A DNA stretch of 64,000 nucleotides from a bacterium (GCA_037137535.1 JBAXKC010000004.1:1-64000); one strand, 5' to 3'; shown: positions 8,948 through 19,840, counted from the stretch's first letter. Notes: generated by a model from the sequence alone, not told the origin. Program-made: numbers and translations.

Positions 8948-10648
8948 CTATTTTGAACCAGATAACTCAAGTTTATTCATGTTGTTTACACTAGCTGTAT
9001 CAACATTAGAAACATTTAAAGCATCTTCGTTCTTTTGATTGCCATGAGCAATTGGATTATAAAGTCTGTTGTAATACTCAACAACCATTCTATCAGAGTT
9101 GAAATAACCTGCAGCTGTTCTTACAGCTTTAGTCATTAAGTTAGCCCAACCATCTTTATCATCATAGTATGTTGGTATTAATTTGTTTTCAATAATATCC
9201 ATCATGCATTCATAATCTTTCCAATGACGCTCTTCCCAAGGCATTTCGTCATCAAGACCTTCATACATAAGGTTATATCCGTTAATATCATCAAATGTAC
9301 CTTCAACTGACCAACCATCAAAAGTTGATAAGTGTAAAGCACCGTTCATGTTAGCTGACATACCTGATGTACCTGAAGCTTCAAATGGTCTTAACGGTGT
9401 ATTAAGCCATACGTCAGAACCTTTTTTCATAAGAGCGCTTAATTCAAGCTCATAATTGAAAAGAACTGCAACGTTAGGAAGCTCATCAGATTGCTTAAGG
9501 ATATTGTTGAACATATCACGACCTAAAGTATCAGCAGGGTGGAATTTACCAGCAAATACGATTTGAAGTTTGTTCTCTCTAAGAAGTTTGCTGATTCTTT
9601 CTCTATCCATAAGAATTAACCAAGCTCTCTTATAGTCAGCAAATCTTCTAGCCCAGGTAATTGTAAGAACGTTCGGATCAAATCTTTTACCTGTTTTGTT
9701 AGCAATATGCTTAAATAAATCTTTTTTCATATCTACTTTAGCATCTAACATTTGTTCGTTAGTTTTTGCATTTTTAATTCTGTCATCTTGCCAGTACTGT
9801 AAGTTAACAGCGTTGGTAATAGCAGTAATAGGGCATCTGTTATCAACATGTTCCCACATTTTGTTAGCTACTAAACCATGAAGCTGAGATACAGCATTTG
9901 ATAAACGGCTCATTCTTAAAGCAGCAACTGTAAGTGAGAAGTTTTCACCGCCACCAAGTTCAATAGCTCTTTCTCTTGAGCAACCTGCAAAGAATCCTGC
10001 ATCATTAAGAAGATCAATCCAATGAACTTCGTTACCTGCCGCAACAGGAGTGTGAGTTGTGAATACAGTTTTTTCTTTAACTTTTTCAAGATCTCCGTCA
10101 AACTTTCTAAGAAGTTCAAAAGCAGCAGGAAGAGCATGACCTTCATTCATGTGAATAAGATCATAATTATAGCCAACAGCGTCTAATACTCTTACACCAG
10201 CAACACCAAGAACAACTTCCTGACTTACTCTTGTTTTCTCATCAGCATCATATAATCTGTGAGTAATGTTTCTAAGTTCAGGAGGGTTTTCAGGAATGTC
10301 TGTTGATAAGAAATAAACAGGAACAGTTCCAAAAGTTTCAGGCTCTAATCTTAAAGCTTTAACTTTTACTGTACGTCCGAAAATTTCAACATCAACGATT
10401 ACACCAGTATCTGTTAGAAAATCGTATGTTTTTTTAACGTAAGCAATTTCAACATTGCCGTCGTTACCGATTCTCTGATCATAGTAGCCGTATGTCCAAA
10501 GCATACAAACGCCTACCATTGGCAATCCTAAATATCCTGCGGATTGCATGTGGCTACCAGCCAAAAATCCTAAACCACCTGAATAGGTACTTAGGGACTG
10601 ATCTATAGCCATTTCCATTGAAAAGTATGCTACATTTGGTAATGTCAT
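8948..10648 (-). CDS. glgP: Alpha-glucan (glycogen/starch) phosphorylase, short form
   Basis: YFSME, YSGGLGFLAG, HMNEGH, FTTHTP, ARRFADYKR, EASGTSGM motifs. Confidence 0.92.
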   Translation of the reverse strand: MTLPNVAYFSMEMAIDQSLSTYSGGLGFLAGSHMQSAGYLGLPMVGVCMLWTYGYYDQRIGNDGNVEIAYVKKTYDFLTDTGVIVDVEIFGRTVKVKALRLEPETFGTVPVYFLSTDIPENPPELRNITHRLYDADEKTRVSQEVVLGVAGVRVLDAVGYNYDLIHMNEGHALPAAFELLRKFDGDLEKVKEKTVFTTHTPVAAGNEVHWIDLLNDAGFFAGCSRERAIELGGGENFSLTVAALRMSRLSNAVSQLHGLVANKMWEHVDNRCPITAITNAVNLQYWQDDRIKNAKTNEQMLDAKVDMKKDLFKHIANKTGKRFDPNVLTITWARRFADYKRAWLILMDRERISKLLRENKLQIVFAGKFHPADTLGRDMFNNILKQSDELPNVAVLFNYELELSALMKKGSDVWLNTPLRPFEASGTSGMSANMNGALHLSTFDGWSVEGTFDDINGYNLMYEGLDDEMPWEERHWKDYECMMDIIENKLIPTYYDDKDGWANLMTKAVRTAAGYFNSDRMVVEYYNRLYNPIAHGNQKNEDALNVSNVDTASVNNMNKLELSGSK

Positions 10649-11014
10649 AATCTCTCTTAACCTTTTAACCTTATAACCTATAATGAATACTTTCGTATAA
10701 ATTAAATAAAACTAACAAATTATCTTTTTTATATCCATTGCGTATATTCTACAAATAACACAAGTAATTCAAAAATCAAATTTTTTTAATTTTATAATAA
10801 ATTTAAACATGAAATAAATTAAATACAAGTAATTTAAAATCAAAGAATAACCCACTTAATAAAAGAATTTTATTATATTTCTCTATTAAATTAACAATTT
10901 TATTATAACAAATTCTTCTATATAAACAAAATTGATTTTTTTATTTACGCAATTCATACGAGCTTTTTGCGTACTTTATACACTTTAAATCCTTGGTTTT
11001 CTTATATTTAAAAG

Positions 11015-11050
11015 AAAGTATTCGCCATTAGATTTAACAACGAATACTTT
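11015..11050 (-). terminator. Probable terminator after argF
   Basis: AAAGTATTCG...CGAATACTTT inverted repeat next to the stop. Confidence 0.55.
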
Positions 11051-11060
11051 CAAGATTTTA

Positions 11061-11987
11061 TTACATTATTGAAGCCATGATAGCTTTTTGAGCATGTAAT
11101 CTATTTTCAGCCTGTTCAAAAATAACATGTGCATTAAGCTCAAGAACTTCTTCGGAGATTTCCTCTTCTCTGTGAGCAGGTAAACAATGAAGAACAATAA
11201 CATCCTCAGCGGCATTTTCAAGCAAGCTTGCATTTACCTGAAAGGACTTAAATAATTGTTTTCTTTGCTCAGCTTCAGCTTCTTGCCCCATGCTAGCCCA
11301 TACATCAGTATAGACAACATTTGCATTTTTAACTGCCGCTATCGGATCGTTTAATATTTCAATTTTTGATCCTGACTTAATTGCAATTTCTTCTGCTTTT
11401 TTAACATAGGCTTCATCAGGATTAAAGCCTTCAGGACAACCGATTGTGACGTCCATTCCAACGAGTGCGCAACCAATCAAAAGACTGTGAGCCATGTTGT
11501 TTCCATCGCCAAGATATGTAAGTTTAAGATTTTCAAGTTCACCGAATTTTTCTCTTATTGTGAGAAGATCGGCAAGAACCTGACATGGATGTGAACTGTC
11601 TGTTAATCCGTTAATTACTGGAATTGTAGCCGCTTCCGCAAACTCTACAACATCAGATTGAGCAAATGTTCTTATCATTACTCCATCAGCGTATCTTGAA
11701 ATAGTTCTTGCAGTATCTGCAATAGTTTCCCTAACACCAAGATTTATTTCATCTTGCTTTAAAACTATAGAAGTTCCGCCCAACTGATGAATTCCTACTT
11801 CAAAGCTAACTCTTGTTCTAAGACTAGGCTTTGAAAAAATCATTACAAAAACTTTGTCTTTTAATACTTTATGCTCAATACCAATTTTTGTTTCTTGTTT
11901 TAATCTTTTTGCAAGGTCTAATAATAAGTAAATTTCTTCTTTATTGAAGTCCATTAAGGATAAAAAATCTTTTCCTTTTAAGTTCAT
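11061..11987 (-). CDS. argF: Ornithine carbamoyltransferase
   Basis: SLRTR carbamoyl-phosphate motif, HPCQ, DVWASMG, HCLP, QAENR. Confidence 0.95.
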   Translation of the reverse strand: MNLKGKDFLSLMDFNKEEIYLLLDLAKRLKQETKIGIEHKVLKDKVFVMIFSKPSLRTRVSFEVGIHQLGGTSIVLKQDEINLGVRETIADTARTISRYADGVMIRTFAQSDVVEFAEAATIPVINGLTDSSHPCQVLADLLTIREKFGELENLKLTYLGDGNNMAHSLLIGCALVGMDVTIGCPEGFNPDEAYVKKAEEIAIKSGSKIEILNDPIAAVKNANVVYTDVWASMGQEAEAEQRKQLFKSFQVNASLLENAAEDVIVLHCLPAHREEEISEEVLELNAHVIFEQAENRLHAQKAIMASIM

Positions 11988-12187
11988 AAGACTTACCTCA
12001 TTTCATTACAACTGAACAGCTTAATTATAATTGATAAAAAAAATATGTAAAAAAGTTTACCTGTTAAAAATTGAGCGATAACAAAAAAGCCACTTAAATT
12101 TCACTAAAATAAAACATCTAACTACTTTAAATAAAAAATGTTTTCTTAATATAATAAAGTAGAGAGGCTTTTTAAAAAGGTGAAAAT

Positions 12188-12724
12188 ATGAAAATACCTA
12201 AAATGTTAAACTCAAAAGAAATATTCTCCGGCAACATTGTAAAAGTAAAGCAAGATACAGTTTTACTTGATGAAAAAGATGAATATTCTTTCGATATAAT
12301 TGAACATCCCGGCGGTGTGGCAATAATTCCCGTATTAGATAACGGAAATATTGTACTTATAAAACAATATAGACATCCTTTTAGAACTCATCTTATAGAA
12401 GTCCCTGCGGGCAGATTAAACATAGGAGAAGACCCTATAAAAGCGGCTATAAGGGAACTTAAAGAAGAAACGGGTTATATTGCAGGAAATATAGATTTAA
12501 TCTGCTGTATTTATCCTTCACCTGCAATATTTAACGAAAAAATATATCTTTATAAAGCAACCGACTTAACAGCTTCATATACTGAATTTGATTATGGAGA
12601 AAATATTGAAAGTCTTATTGTAAGCTTAGAAGAAGCGCATATAATGATTAAAAACGGTCGAATTCACGATGCAAAAACAATAATTGCCATTAATAGCCTA
12701 CTTATTAAAGATATAGATGAATAA
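12188..12724 (+). CDS. NUDIX hydrolase (ADP-ribose pyrophosphatase-like)
   Basis: Nudix box (AG..N.GE...AAIRELKEETG), QYRHP, DAKT motifs. Confidence 0.88.
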   Translation: MKIPKMLNSKEIFSGNIVKVKQDTVLLDEKDEYSFDIIEHPGGVAIIPVLDNGNIVLIKQYRHPFRTHLIEVPAGRLNIGEDPIKAAIRELKEETGYIAGNIDLICCIYPSPAIFNEKIYLYKATDLTASYTEFDYGENIESLIVSLEEAHIMIKNGRIHDAKTIIAINSLLIKDIDE

Positions 12725-13541
12725 TATGAAAAAACACGACATAAAAATGATAGTTCTTGATATTGACGGAACAATAATGGACTCAAATTTCCAAATATCC
12801 GAACGAGTAAAAAACACCATAAATCTTTGTCAATCAAAAGGAATAAAAGTTGTTCTTGCTACGGGAAGAATGCATGCGGCAGCTGTACCTATCGCTCAAA
12901 AAATAGGGCTGACTGGTCCTATTATTTCTTATCAGGGAAGTGTAATAAGAGAATACACCCCTAAAGACAAGACATTAAGAGAACAGAAAATAGATTTTCC
13001 AACAGCTCTTGAAGTAATAAAAGAACTCCGAAAATTTGACGGGCAAATAAACTTTTTTACGGAAAACCAGCTTTATGTAGAAAATGTTACAGATTTACTG
13101 ATTGAATACACAGAAAAAAGAAACATAAACTTTGAAACTGTGTCGAATTTTGAAGAATTAAGCGAATTATCACCGATTAAACTGTTATGTATTCATAAAA
13201 ACTCAGAAAAATTAACTATGATAAAAGAACAGCTTAGAGCCAAATTTTCGCAAGACTTAAATATTTTCAAATCAACGGAATATTTTTGTGAAATAGTTGA
13301 TAAATATGCAAGCAAAGGAAATGCGATTAACTATCTTGCCGAATTATGGAACATAAAAAATTCACAGATACTCTCAATCGGTGACCATGAAAATGATATA
13401 GAAATGCTTAAAACGTCAGGCGTATCAGTTGCTATGGGTAATGCAATAGAAGCAGTAAAAGCAGTAACCACATATATTACGGAAACCGTAAACAATGACG
13501 GAGCAGCAATTGCTATGGAAAAAATAGTTATAGGTTTATAA
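12717..13541 (+). CDS. Cof-type HAD-IIB hydrolase
   Basis: DIDGT, ATGR, SKG, GDHEND, AMGNA motifs. Confidence 0.9.
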   Translation: MNNMKKHDIKMIVLDIDGTIMDSNFQISERVKNTINLCQSKGIKVVLATGRMHAAAVPIAQKIGLTGPIISYQGSVIREYTPKDKTLREQKIDFPTALEVIKELRKFDGQINFFTENQLYVENVTDLLIEYTEKRNINFETVSNFEELSELSPIKLLCIHKNSEKLTMIKEQLRAKFSQDLNIFKSTEYFCEIVDKYASKGNAINYLAELWNIKNSQILSIGDHENDIEMLKTSGVSVAMGNAIEAVKAVTTYITETVNNDGAAIAMEKIVIGL

Positions 13542-13544
13542 ATA

Positions 13545-14030
13545 ATGAGTTTTGATATAAGAATCGGCAACGGCTACGATATACACCAACTTGTAGAAGG
13601 AAGAAAACTTATCCTCGGAGGAGTTGAAATACCTTATGAAAAAGGATTATTAGGACACTCTGACGCAGATGTGCTTGTCCATGCGATTATGGATGCAATG
13701 CTCGGAGCGCTTGCTCTTGGAGATATAGGAAAACATTTTCCTCCCTCCGATATGAAATATAAAGACATAAGCAGCATAAAACTACTTGAACATGTAAATA
13801 ACCTAATTAAAGAAAAAGGTTATGTTATAGGAAATATCGACACTATAATACAGGCGGAAAAACCCAAGATATTACCTTACTCTGCACAAATGACCGATAT
13901 TTTATGCGAAACATTAGGAATAGAGCATGAGCGCATGTCTATAAAAGCTACAACCATGGAAGGGCTTGACTCTATCGGACGTGGAGAGGGCATTTCAGCC
14001 TATGCTGTAACAATTTTGCAAAAAAACTAG
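13545..14030 (+). CDS. ispF: 2-C-methyl-D-erythritol 2,4-cyclodiphosphate synthase
   Basis: RIGNGYDIH, GHSDADV.H, GDIGKHFP, KATT motifs. Confidence 0.96.
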   Translation: MSFDIRIGNGYDIHQLVEGRKLILGGVEIPYEKGLLGHSDADVLVHAIMDAMLGALALGDIGKHFPPSDMKYKDISSIKLLEHVNNLIKEKGYVIGNIDTIIQAEKPKILPYSAQMTDILCETLGIEHERMSIKATTMEGLDSIGRGEGISAYAVTILQKN

Positions 14031-14146
14031 CAATTTCTTAGACTATTTAGACTTTATATTAATAAGACATAATATATTATATCTATTGATGTGATTTATT
14101 GAGTTTTACTATTAATGTTTATTTAGCAAAAACATAGGATTATACT

Positions 14147-15418
14147 ATGGCAGCAATAAGCAATATGGATATATTTGGTAAAAAACTTACGCCAAATCCC
14201 TCCAAACCACATGCACCGACAAGTGCTACAAAATTACCGCCCTCAAATACTATGCAAAAAGCAGAAACGTATTTGAGAACAGATCAAATCTCTGATTTTG
14301 TCCAACTTAGTAATGCCAATAAATTCGCCACACAACAGGCAGGACCTGCCGCCATAAGCGGAATGATTTCTTCATTCCCGATAGAAAAATCAATCTTAAA
14401 AAAAGAATTAGCAGCCGCAAAACAAGCAAATGGAGAAAAAGTAGAACCTGAAAAAAAGGGGAATTTGCTTGATCGTTTTCGTCTATTTGCCGATGAAGGT
14501 AACAGATATACATTATTAACAGGAACAACTCTAAACTTGCTTGAACATTTTACCGAGGGTGGGATGTTAGGAGTGATTCTAACCTCTTTAGGCGGATACA
14601 TGGGTTGGTTTGAAAACCATGGAAGAATTAAAAATCCAATATTCGGACCTCTTCTTAACCCAATTATTAATTTAGTGTGTCCTATTCAAGTTAAAAAAGC
14701 TGAAGGTTTACTTGCCGATGGAAAAAGATATGCCGTACAAACAGTAGACAACACAAAACAAATTTTCCATGCAGGTCCTTTAGCAAAATTATTCCCATGG
14801 CTACATAATAAACCTGTTGCTGAAATTGTTGAGAAAGATGGTGGAGCTCATATAATAACCTTATTCAAAAAAGGAACAAATGAAGCAGAAAAAATAATTA
14901 CAATAGGCAATGGAAGCACTATGGGAACTATTGAAACAATCGCAGAAAAAGCAAAACAAGACTTTAGAATAAATGGCGGTGAAATAGTAGAAACAATAAC
15001 AAAAACTGGTAAAAATATTGCAGAGACTATAGCAGAACCACTTAAAAATACAGATAATATATTTGTTGGCTTGTATCGTTATACGAATAAAATATTCCAA
15101 AACATAATGAAAGGACCAGGAAAAATTGCAGCAAATATAGAATCAGGATTACATAAATGTATGAACCCTGAAGCAGAAAAACTCAGCGAGGGATTAACAA
15201 AAACAATAAAAACATTTTTACCTGAGGCAATAAAAAATATATCATCTTCTGGAAATGAAGGAATATTCAAACTACTTAAATTTATACCTCCATTTGAAAG
15301 AGTTGTCGCAGGATTTACATTTGGTGGTATATTAGCCCTCCTTTACAACCTCTTAGAACATGGTGCAGTAAAAATCAATATGCCTGGTGTCAGTACAGGT
15401 GGCGGACACGGAGAATAA
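14147..15418 (+). CDS. Hypothetical protein with a few hydrophobic segments
   Basis: 423-aa ORF with AGGA RBS and downstream terminator; no recognisable domain. Confidence 0.7.
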   Translation: MAAISNMDIFGKKLTPNPSKPHAPTSATKLPPSNTMQKAETYLRTDQISDFVQLSNANKFATQQAGPAAISGMISSFPIEKSILKKELAAAKQANGEKVEPEKKGNLLDRFRLFADEGNRYTLLTGTTLNLLEHFTEGGMLGVILTSLGGYMGWFENHGRIKNPIFGPLLNPIINLVCPIQVKKAEGLLADGKRYAVQTVDNTKQIFHAGPLAKLFPWLHNKPVAEIVEKDGGAHIITLFKKGTNEAEKIITIGNGSTMGTIETIAEKAKQDFRINGGEIVETITKTGKNIAETIAEPLKNTDNIFVGLYRYTNKIFQNIMKGPGKIAANIESGLHKCMNPEAEKLSEGLTKTIKTFLPEAIKNISSSGNEGIFKLLKFIPPFERVVAGFTFGGILALLYNLLEHGAVKINMPGVSTGGGHGE

Positions 15419-15437
15419 AAATAATAGAACTAAAGCT

Positions 15438-15470
15438 AAAAAACATTCTTTTTATAAAGAATGTTTTTTT
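15438..15470 (+). terminator. Intrinsic terminator
   Basis: AAAAACATTCTTT-ttat-AAAGAATGTTTTT followed by Ts. Confidence 0.7.
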
Positions 15471-15689
15471 ATTTTGAAATTAAAGCTGGACAAAACAGAA
15501 TAAAGATTAATAAAAGGTATAAGGCAATTTAGCACAAGCGATTAATCTAAAAAAATATAATTGTTAAGAAATGTTAAGATAAATTTTGAGAAATTATTTT
15601 ATTCGCAATAGAACTCTAACTCAATCAATAAGTGTGATTTCGACACTAACAAAATCCTAACATTTCAAATCATGAAAAATCTTTAGTTT

Positions 15690-15744
15690 AAAAGTGTAGA
15701 CAAAACACTTTAGCGTGATAAGATAAAAGTGTAGATGAAACACT
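15690..15744 (+). promoter_or_regulatory. Sigma70-type promoter overlapped by two operator-like repeats
   Basis: AAAAGTGTAGAcaAAACACT and AAAAGTGTAGAtgAAACACT 35 bp apart; TAGACA-N16-TAAGAT with extended TG. Confidence 0.55.
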
Positions 15745-15805
15745 ATTAAAACCGTCCCACATAAAACGTGGAAGAAGAGATCAAAATAAGAGGCTAAAGA
15801 AAAAA

Positions 15806-16084
15806 ATGAATATAAATATTAACAGAACAAATAAAACCGACTATACAAGACAAGCAGTTGCTTTTAAAGGACATCAAGCTCCTTCGGCAGAAATGTTAGC
15901 TTTCTCAAGCAGCGTAAACAGACAACGTTTTTTAAACGAAACTGAAAGCGTAAGAAAAAACGATTTTGTAGAAGGTCAATCATTCTTCAGTTTTTTAAAG
16001 GACACAGCAAACAACGTTATGAATGCTTTAAACGAAACACCTAATCAAAAATCAGTAAAAGCAGGATTAAACGTTATCGGATAA
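15806..16084 (+). CDS. Small hypothetical protein with N-terminal VAFKG motif
   Basis: 92-aa ORF with GAGG RBS, own promoter and terminator. Confidence 0.7.
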   Translation: MNININRTNKTDYTRQAVAFKGHQAPSAEMLAFSSSVNRQRFLNETESVRKNDFVEGQSFFSFLKDTANNVMNALNETPNQKSVKAGLNVIG

Positions 16085-16108
16085 AAATACCCTAACTCTA
16101 ACGAATTC

Positions 16109-16141
16109 AAAGAGAACTTAAATAAAGTTCTCTTTTTTTTT
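16109..16141 (+). terminator. Intrinsic terminator
   Basis: AAAGAGAACTT...AAGTTCTCTTT plus long T-run. Confidence 0.8.
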
Positions 16142-16443
16142 GCTCTTTTTTACAGACAAGCAATTGCTTAAAAAATCACAAAATAATAAATTCGCTGATA
16201 AGAGATTTTGATAAATATATTCAATTAATTATTCAAATTAAAACAAAGCAAACAGTAATAAACAAAATGCTTAATGATATAATTTACCATAAGAAATAAA
16301 CCTATAAAATATTTAACACTCAAAAGGTTTTATTGATAAGTGTTTTAATAAATCGTGAAAATTTTAATAAATTCTTTGCATTTATTGGTCATTTTTATAG
16401 TATGTTATTCTTACAAAGGTGTTAGTTAAAAAACCTGGAAGGT

Positions 16444-17556
16444 ATGAAAAGCATGGTAAATAAGCTAATAACAGAAGACACAAAGCTTTTTATGACGGGT
16501 AACGAAGTTATAGCATACGCAGCTGTTGCAGCTGGTGCTGAATTTATGTACGGTTATCCTATTACTCCCCAAAACGAAATTATGCACACTTGGTGTAAAC
16601 TTTTACCCAAGACAGAAGCAGGATTTCTTCAAACAGAAGACGAAATTTCAGCCGGATTTTCAACATTAGGCGGAATTTTAGCAGGGAAAAAAGCATTTAC
16701 AGCGACAGCAGGCCCTGGAAACGTAATCATGCAAGAAGCTATGTCAATGGCTGAAATGATGAGAATTCCTATGGTAACAGCAGTTATGCAAAGAGGCGGA
16801 CCAAGTACCGCTACCGTTATATATGCTCAACAAGAAACAACATTAACCTGCTTCGGCGGAAACGGTGAAGGTTTCAGAATAGTATATTCAACAGCAGGCC
16901 ACCAAGAGCTTTATGATTACACAATCAAAGCTTTCAACACAGCTTGGAAATATAAATTCCCAACATTCTTATTAGCTGACGGATATCAGGGTAAAATGAG
17001 AGAGCCTGTTGTGGCTTATGACCCTGCTTCAAGAGGAATTGAAATGATTCCTGCGACAGCATCATTAAGAGGACCTGGAACAGCAGGTGTTGACAGAAAA
17101 CCTGTTCACTTAAGAAACACTTACAACCTTGAAGAAGAATTAATGGAAACATTAGATTCATATAAGGCTGAATTTGACGCAATCACTCCTGAAATTATGG
17201 AATATAAAGAATACTTTGCTGATGATGCTGACGTTCTTATCGTTGCACACGGTATCGTTGCAAGAAGTGCTATAACCGCTATTGATGCTTTAAGAAGCAG
17301 AGGAATTAAAGCAGGATTATTCAGACCTGTTACCATTAGACCTTTAGCAGTTGAGCCTTTAAGAAACGCTGTTGCAAGAGCTAAACACGTTCTCTTCACA
17401 GAATCAGCAGATGGACAACTTGCCAGAATGATTCTTGAGAAAATTTACGGTCTTACAACTCCTTACAGCACTCTCTTCAAAATGGGTGTTGGTGTAACCG
17501 GTGACGATATCATTGATAAAGTTGAAGAAATCGTTAAAACAGAATCATTAGTATAA
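16444..17556 (+). CDS. 2-oxoacid:ferredoxin oxidoreductase alpha subunit
   Basis: GNE, YGYPITP, EDE, TAGPG, QRGGPS motifs. Confidence 0.92.
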   Translation: MKSMVNKLITEDTKLFMTGNEVIAYAAVAAGAEFMYGYPITPQNEIMHTWCKLLPKTEAGFLQTEDEISAGFSTLGGILAGKKAFTATAGPGNVIMQEAMSMAEMMRIPMVTAVMQRGGPSTATVIYAQQETTLTCFGGNGEGFRIVYSTAGHQELYDYTIKAFNTAWKYKFPTFLLADGYQGKMREPVVAYDPASRGIEMIPATASLRGPGTAGVDRKPVHLRNTYNLEEELMETLDSYKAEFDAITPEIMEYKEYFADDADVLIVAHGIVARSAITAIDALRSRGIKAGLFRPVTIRPLAVEPLRNAVARAKHVLFTESADGQLARMILEKIYGLTTPYSTLFKMGVGVTGDDIIDKVEEIVKTESLV

Positions 17557-17580
17557 TCAAAAAAGATAAAGGAGTCGAAA

Positions 17581-18348
17581 ATGACAGATATATTAGCAGT
17601 CCCTCCTAGACTGCCTAAATCACAAAATCCTGATGAAGGCGTCAGCAAATTTTGCCCTGGCTGCGGACATGGTCTTGTTCTTAAAACAATCGCATCAACA
17701 ATTGATGATCTTGAATTACAAGAAAGAACAGTATTCGGTTGCGATATCGGATGCAGTCTTCTAGCTTGGAATTATTTAAATATTGATACAGTTCAAACTC
17801 ACCACGGTAGAACAACACCTGTAATTTACGGTGTAACAAGAGCTAACCCTGGTACAGTCGGTATTGCATACATGGGTGATGGTGGCGGTCTTGCTATCGG
17901 AGCACAACACCTTGTGAATGCTGCTGTTAGAAATGAAAAAATGGTTGTTGTTCTTGTAAACAACACAAACTATGGTATGACTGGCGGACAAATGGCTCCA
18001 ACAACATTACCTGGTCAAAAAACCGAAACAACTCCTTATGGAAGAAATATTGATGAAACCGGAAAACCTGCTAAAGGTGCTGAAATGGTTGCTTCAATAG
18101 TTGATACCGACAAGGCTTATGTAACCAGAGGAACTGTTAGCAATATGCGTCAATTGAGAACTATGTTTAAAAAAGCTCTTAAAAACGTTGCTGACGGAAG
18201 AGGATTCTCCTTCATTGAAGTTCTTTCATTATGCCCTCTTAACTGGAGAACCAACAACGTAGCTACATGGGATAGATTGAAAACTATGGAAGACTACTTT
18301 AAAGTTGGCGAACTCGTTGTTCCACAAGATTTAGAAGGAGTTAAGTAA
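17581..18348 (+). CDS. 2-oxoacid:ferredoxin oxidoreductase beta (TPP-binding) subunit
   Basis: FCPGCGH, DIGC, GDG..., NNTNYGMTGGQ, final CP. Confidence 0.92.
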   Translation: MTDILAVPPRLPKSQNPDEGVSKFCPGCGHGLVLKTIASTIDDLELQERTVFGCDIGCSLLAWNYLNIDTVQTHHGRTTPVIYGVTRANPGTVGIAYMGDGGGLAIGAQHLVNAAVRNEKMVVVLVNNTNYGMTGGQMAPTTLPGQKTETTPYGRNIDETGKPAKGAEMVASIVDTDKAYVTRGTVSNMRQLRTMFKKALKNVADGRGFSFIEVLSLCPLNWRTNNVATWDRLKTMEDYFKVGELVVPQDLEGVK

Positions 18349-18911
18349 TGGCTAGAACAAAGATTGTATTAGCAGGAGAAGGCGGTCAAGGCGTTCAGAG
18401 TATTGCTAAAATACTCGTTGAAGGCGGCTACCTTGCTGAGAAAAATGTTTTATACATTCCAAACTTTGGTGTTGAACAAAGGGGCGGTGTTAGTATCGCA
18501 TATTGTCAAATTTCCGATGAAGAAATTGGCGAACCAAGATTCAATAAAGGCGATATCGTAATTATGCTTTCAGATAGAGCTATTGATCGTTGCAGCACTT
18601 ATGTTGACGAAAATTCAACAGTTGTTTATGATACTTCAGTTTGCACAAAAAGACCTGAATACAAAGCAAAACAGGTTATCGGAATGCCTGCAAATAAAGT
18701 TGCAAACGATGAACTTTCTGCAAGAGTCTTTAACATCATAGTTCTCGGAGCTCTTATTAAAGCTACTAATGTTATTGAAGATCAATACATTAAAGGTGCT
18801 ATGGAGCAAGCTCTTGGTAAGAAATTTGATGCTAAACCTGAACTTCGTGAACTTAACTACAAAGCTCTCGAAAGAGGTTATAAGCTCCTTGAAGAAACTC
18901 TAGCTGTATAA
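18348..18911 (+). CDS. 2-oxoacid:ferredoxin oxidoreductase gamma subunit
   Basis: AGEGGQG, GVEQRGG, NIIVLGA motifs. Confidence 0.92.
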   Translation: MARTKIVLAGEGGQGVQSIAKILVEGGYLAEKNVLYIPNFGVEQRGGVSIAYCQISDEEIGEPRFNKGDIVIMLSDRAIDRCSTYVDENSTVVYDTSVCTKRPEYKAKQVIGMPANKVANDELSARVFNIIVLGALIKATNVIEDQYIKGAMEQALGKKFDAKPELRELNYKALERGYKLLEETLAV

Positions 18912-18936
18912 AATAAACCCAAAGGAGAATTTATAG

Positions 18937-19212
18937 ATGACCGCTAATGATTTAAGCAAAGGTGTAGTTTACGAAGGATGTGGAAAAGGAAGAGCTAATT
19001 TCTACCTTTATTCAAACCTTTGTAAAGGTTGTGGACTTTGCATCACAAAATGTCCAATTAACGTCAAAGGAGACAAATGTCTTCAATGGTCTGATGTTAT
19101 CGGTGTATTTTTAACTCCGGCTGTTAAGCCTGATGTTGATAAATGTATCGCTTGCGGCACTTGCGAAATGCTATGCCCGGACAGCGCTATCAGAATTGAA
19201 AAAGTTAAATAA
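18937..19212 (+). CDS. 2[4Fe-4S] ferredoxin-like delta subunit
   Basis: CKGCGLC...CP and CIACGTC...CP motifs. Confidence 0.92.
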   Translation: MTANDLSKGVVYEGCGKGRANFYLYSNLCKGCGLCITKCPINVKGDKCLQWSDVIGVFLTPAVKPDVDKCIACGTCEMLCPDSAIRIEKVK

Positions 19213-19234
19213 TATTTATTTGCCTTTTCTACAT

Positions 19235-19272
19235 AATAAAATCCTTCTGAAAAACAGAAGGATTTTATTTTT
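19235..19272 (+). terminator. Operon terminator
   Basis: ATAAAATCCTTCTG-aaaaa-CAGAAGGATTTTAT plus T-run. Confidence 0.85.
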
Positions 19273-19390
19273 TTATTACAAATTTACTAAATTTTGTAAA
19301 TTTTTTTAAAAAGCATGGCAATCTTGTTTATATTTAGTTTTATATTAATATACCAAATCAAGTAAGAAAATTAAAAGTGAGGGTTTACTT

Positions 19391-19696
19391 ATGATCGTGA
19401 CGCGTTATGGAGAAGGTCTCGTTAACGGACAAAAAAAATATTTTCCTGTAATACAAAAAGAATTTGCAAAAAAAACAGGTGAATTAATTCCGAAAAACAC
19501 AATAGATACGCTAGAAGGCTTTGTCAAAAAAACAGTAGAAAGAATGCCTGAAAAACTAACTCAAGAAACATTTAAAACAGCTCAAGAAACAGCTTTAAAA
19601 AATGAAGCGGCTGGAGCTCAGTTAGTAGCAAAATTCAAACAACATGTAGCCGATTCAATAATGGGATTAGCTAATAAATTTATCGGCAAAAAGTAA
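19391..19696 (+). CDS. Small hypothetical protein
   Basis: 101-aa ORF with GAGG RBS and own terminator. Confidence 0.65.
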   Translation: MIVTRYGEGLVNGQKKYFPVIQKEFAKKTGELIPKNTIDTLEGFVKKTVERMPEKLTQETFKTAQETALKNEAAGAQLVAKFKQHVADSIMGLANKFIGKK

Positions 19697-19714
19697 CCAG
19701 AAACGAATCATTAA

Positions 19715-19752
19715 AAAATAAAGTCATCTTTTCTAAAGATGGCTTTATTTTA
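19715..19752 (+). terminator. Intrinsic terminator
   Basis: AAAATAAAGTCATCTTT-tct-AAAGATGGCTTTATTTT. Confidence 0.75.
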
Positions 19753-19840
19753 TTGTTCTGTTTATATAGATAACAGGGTATTCCTCCTATTATAAATTTC
19801 CTAATATTATTAATAATCATTAAATATTAGGAAATTCATT

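Noticed and set aside
8812-8994. 60-aa plus-strand ORF and other short antisense ORFs in the track
   Set aside because: They overlap terminators, promoters or well-supported opposite-strand genes and lack RBSs or motifs.
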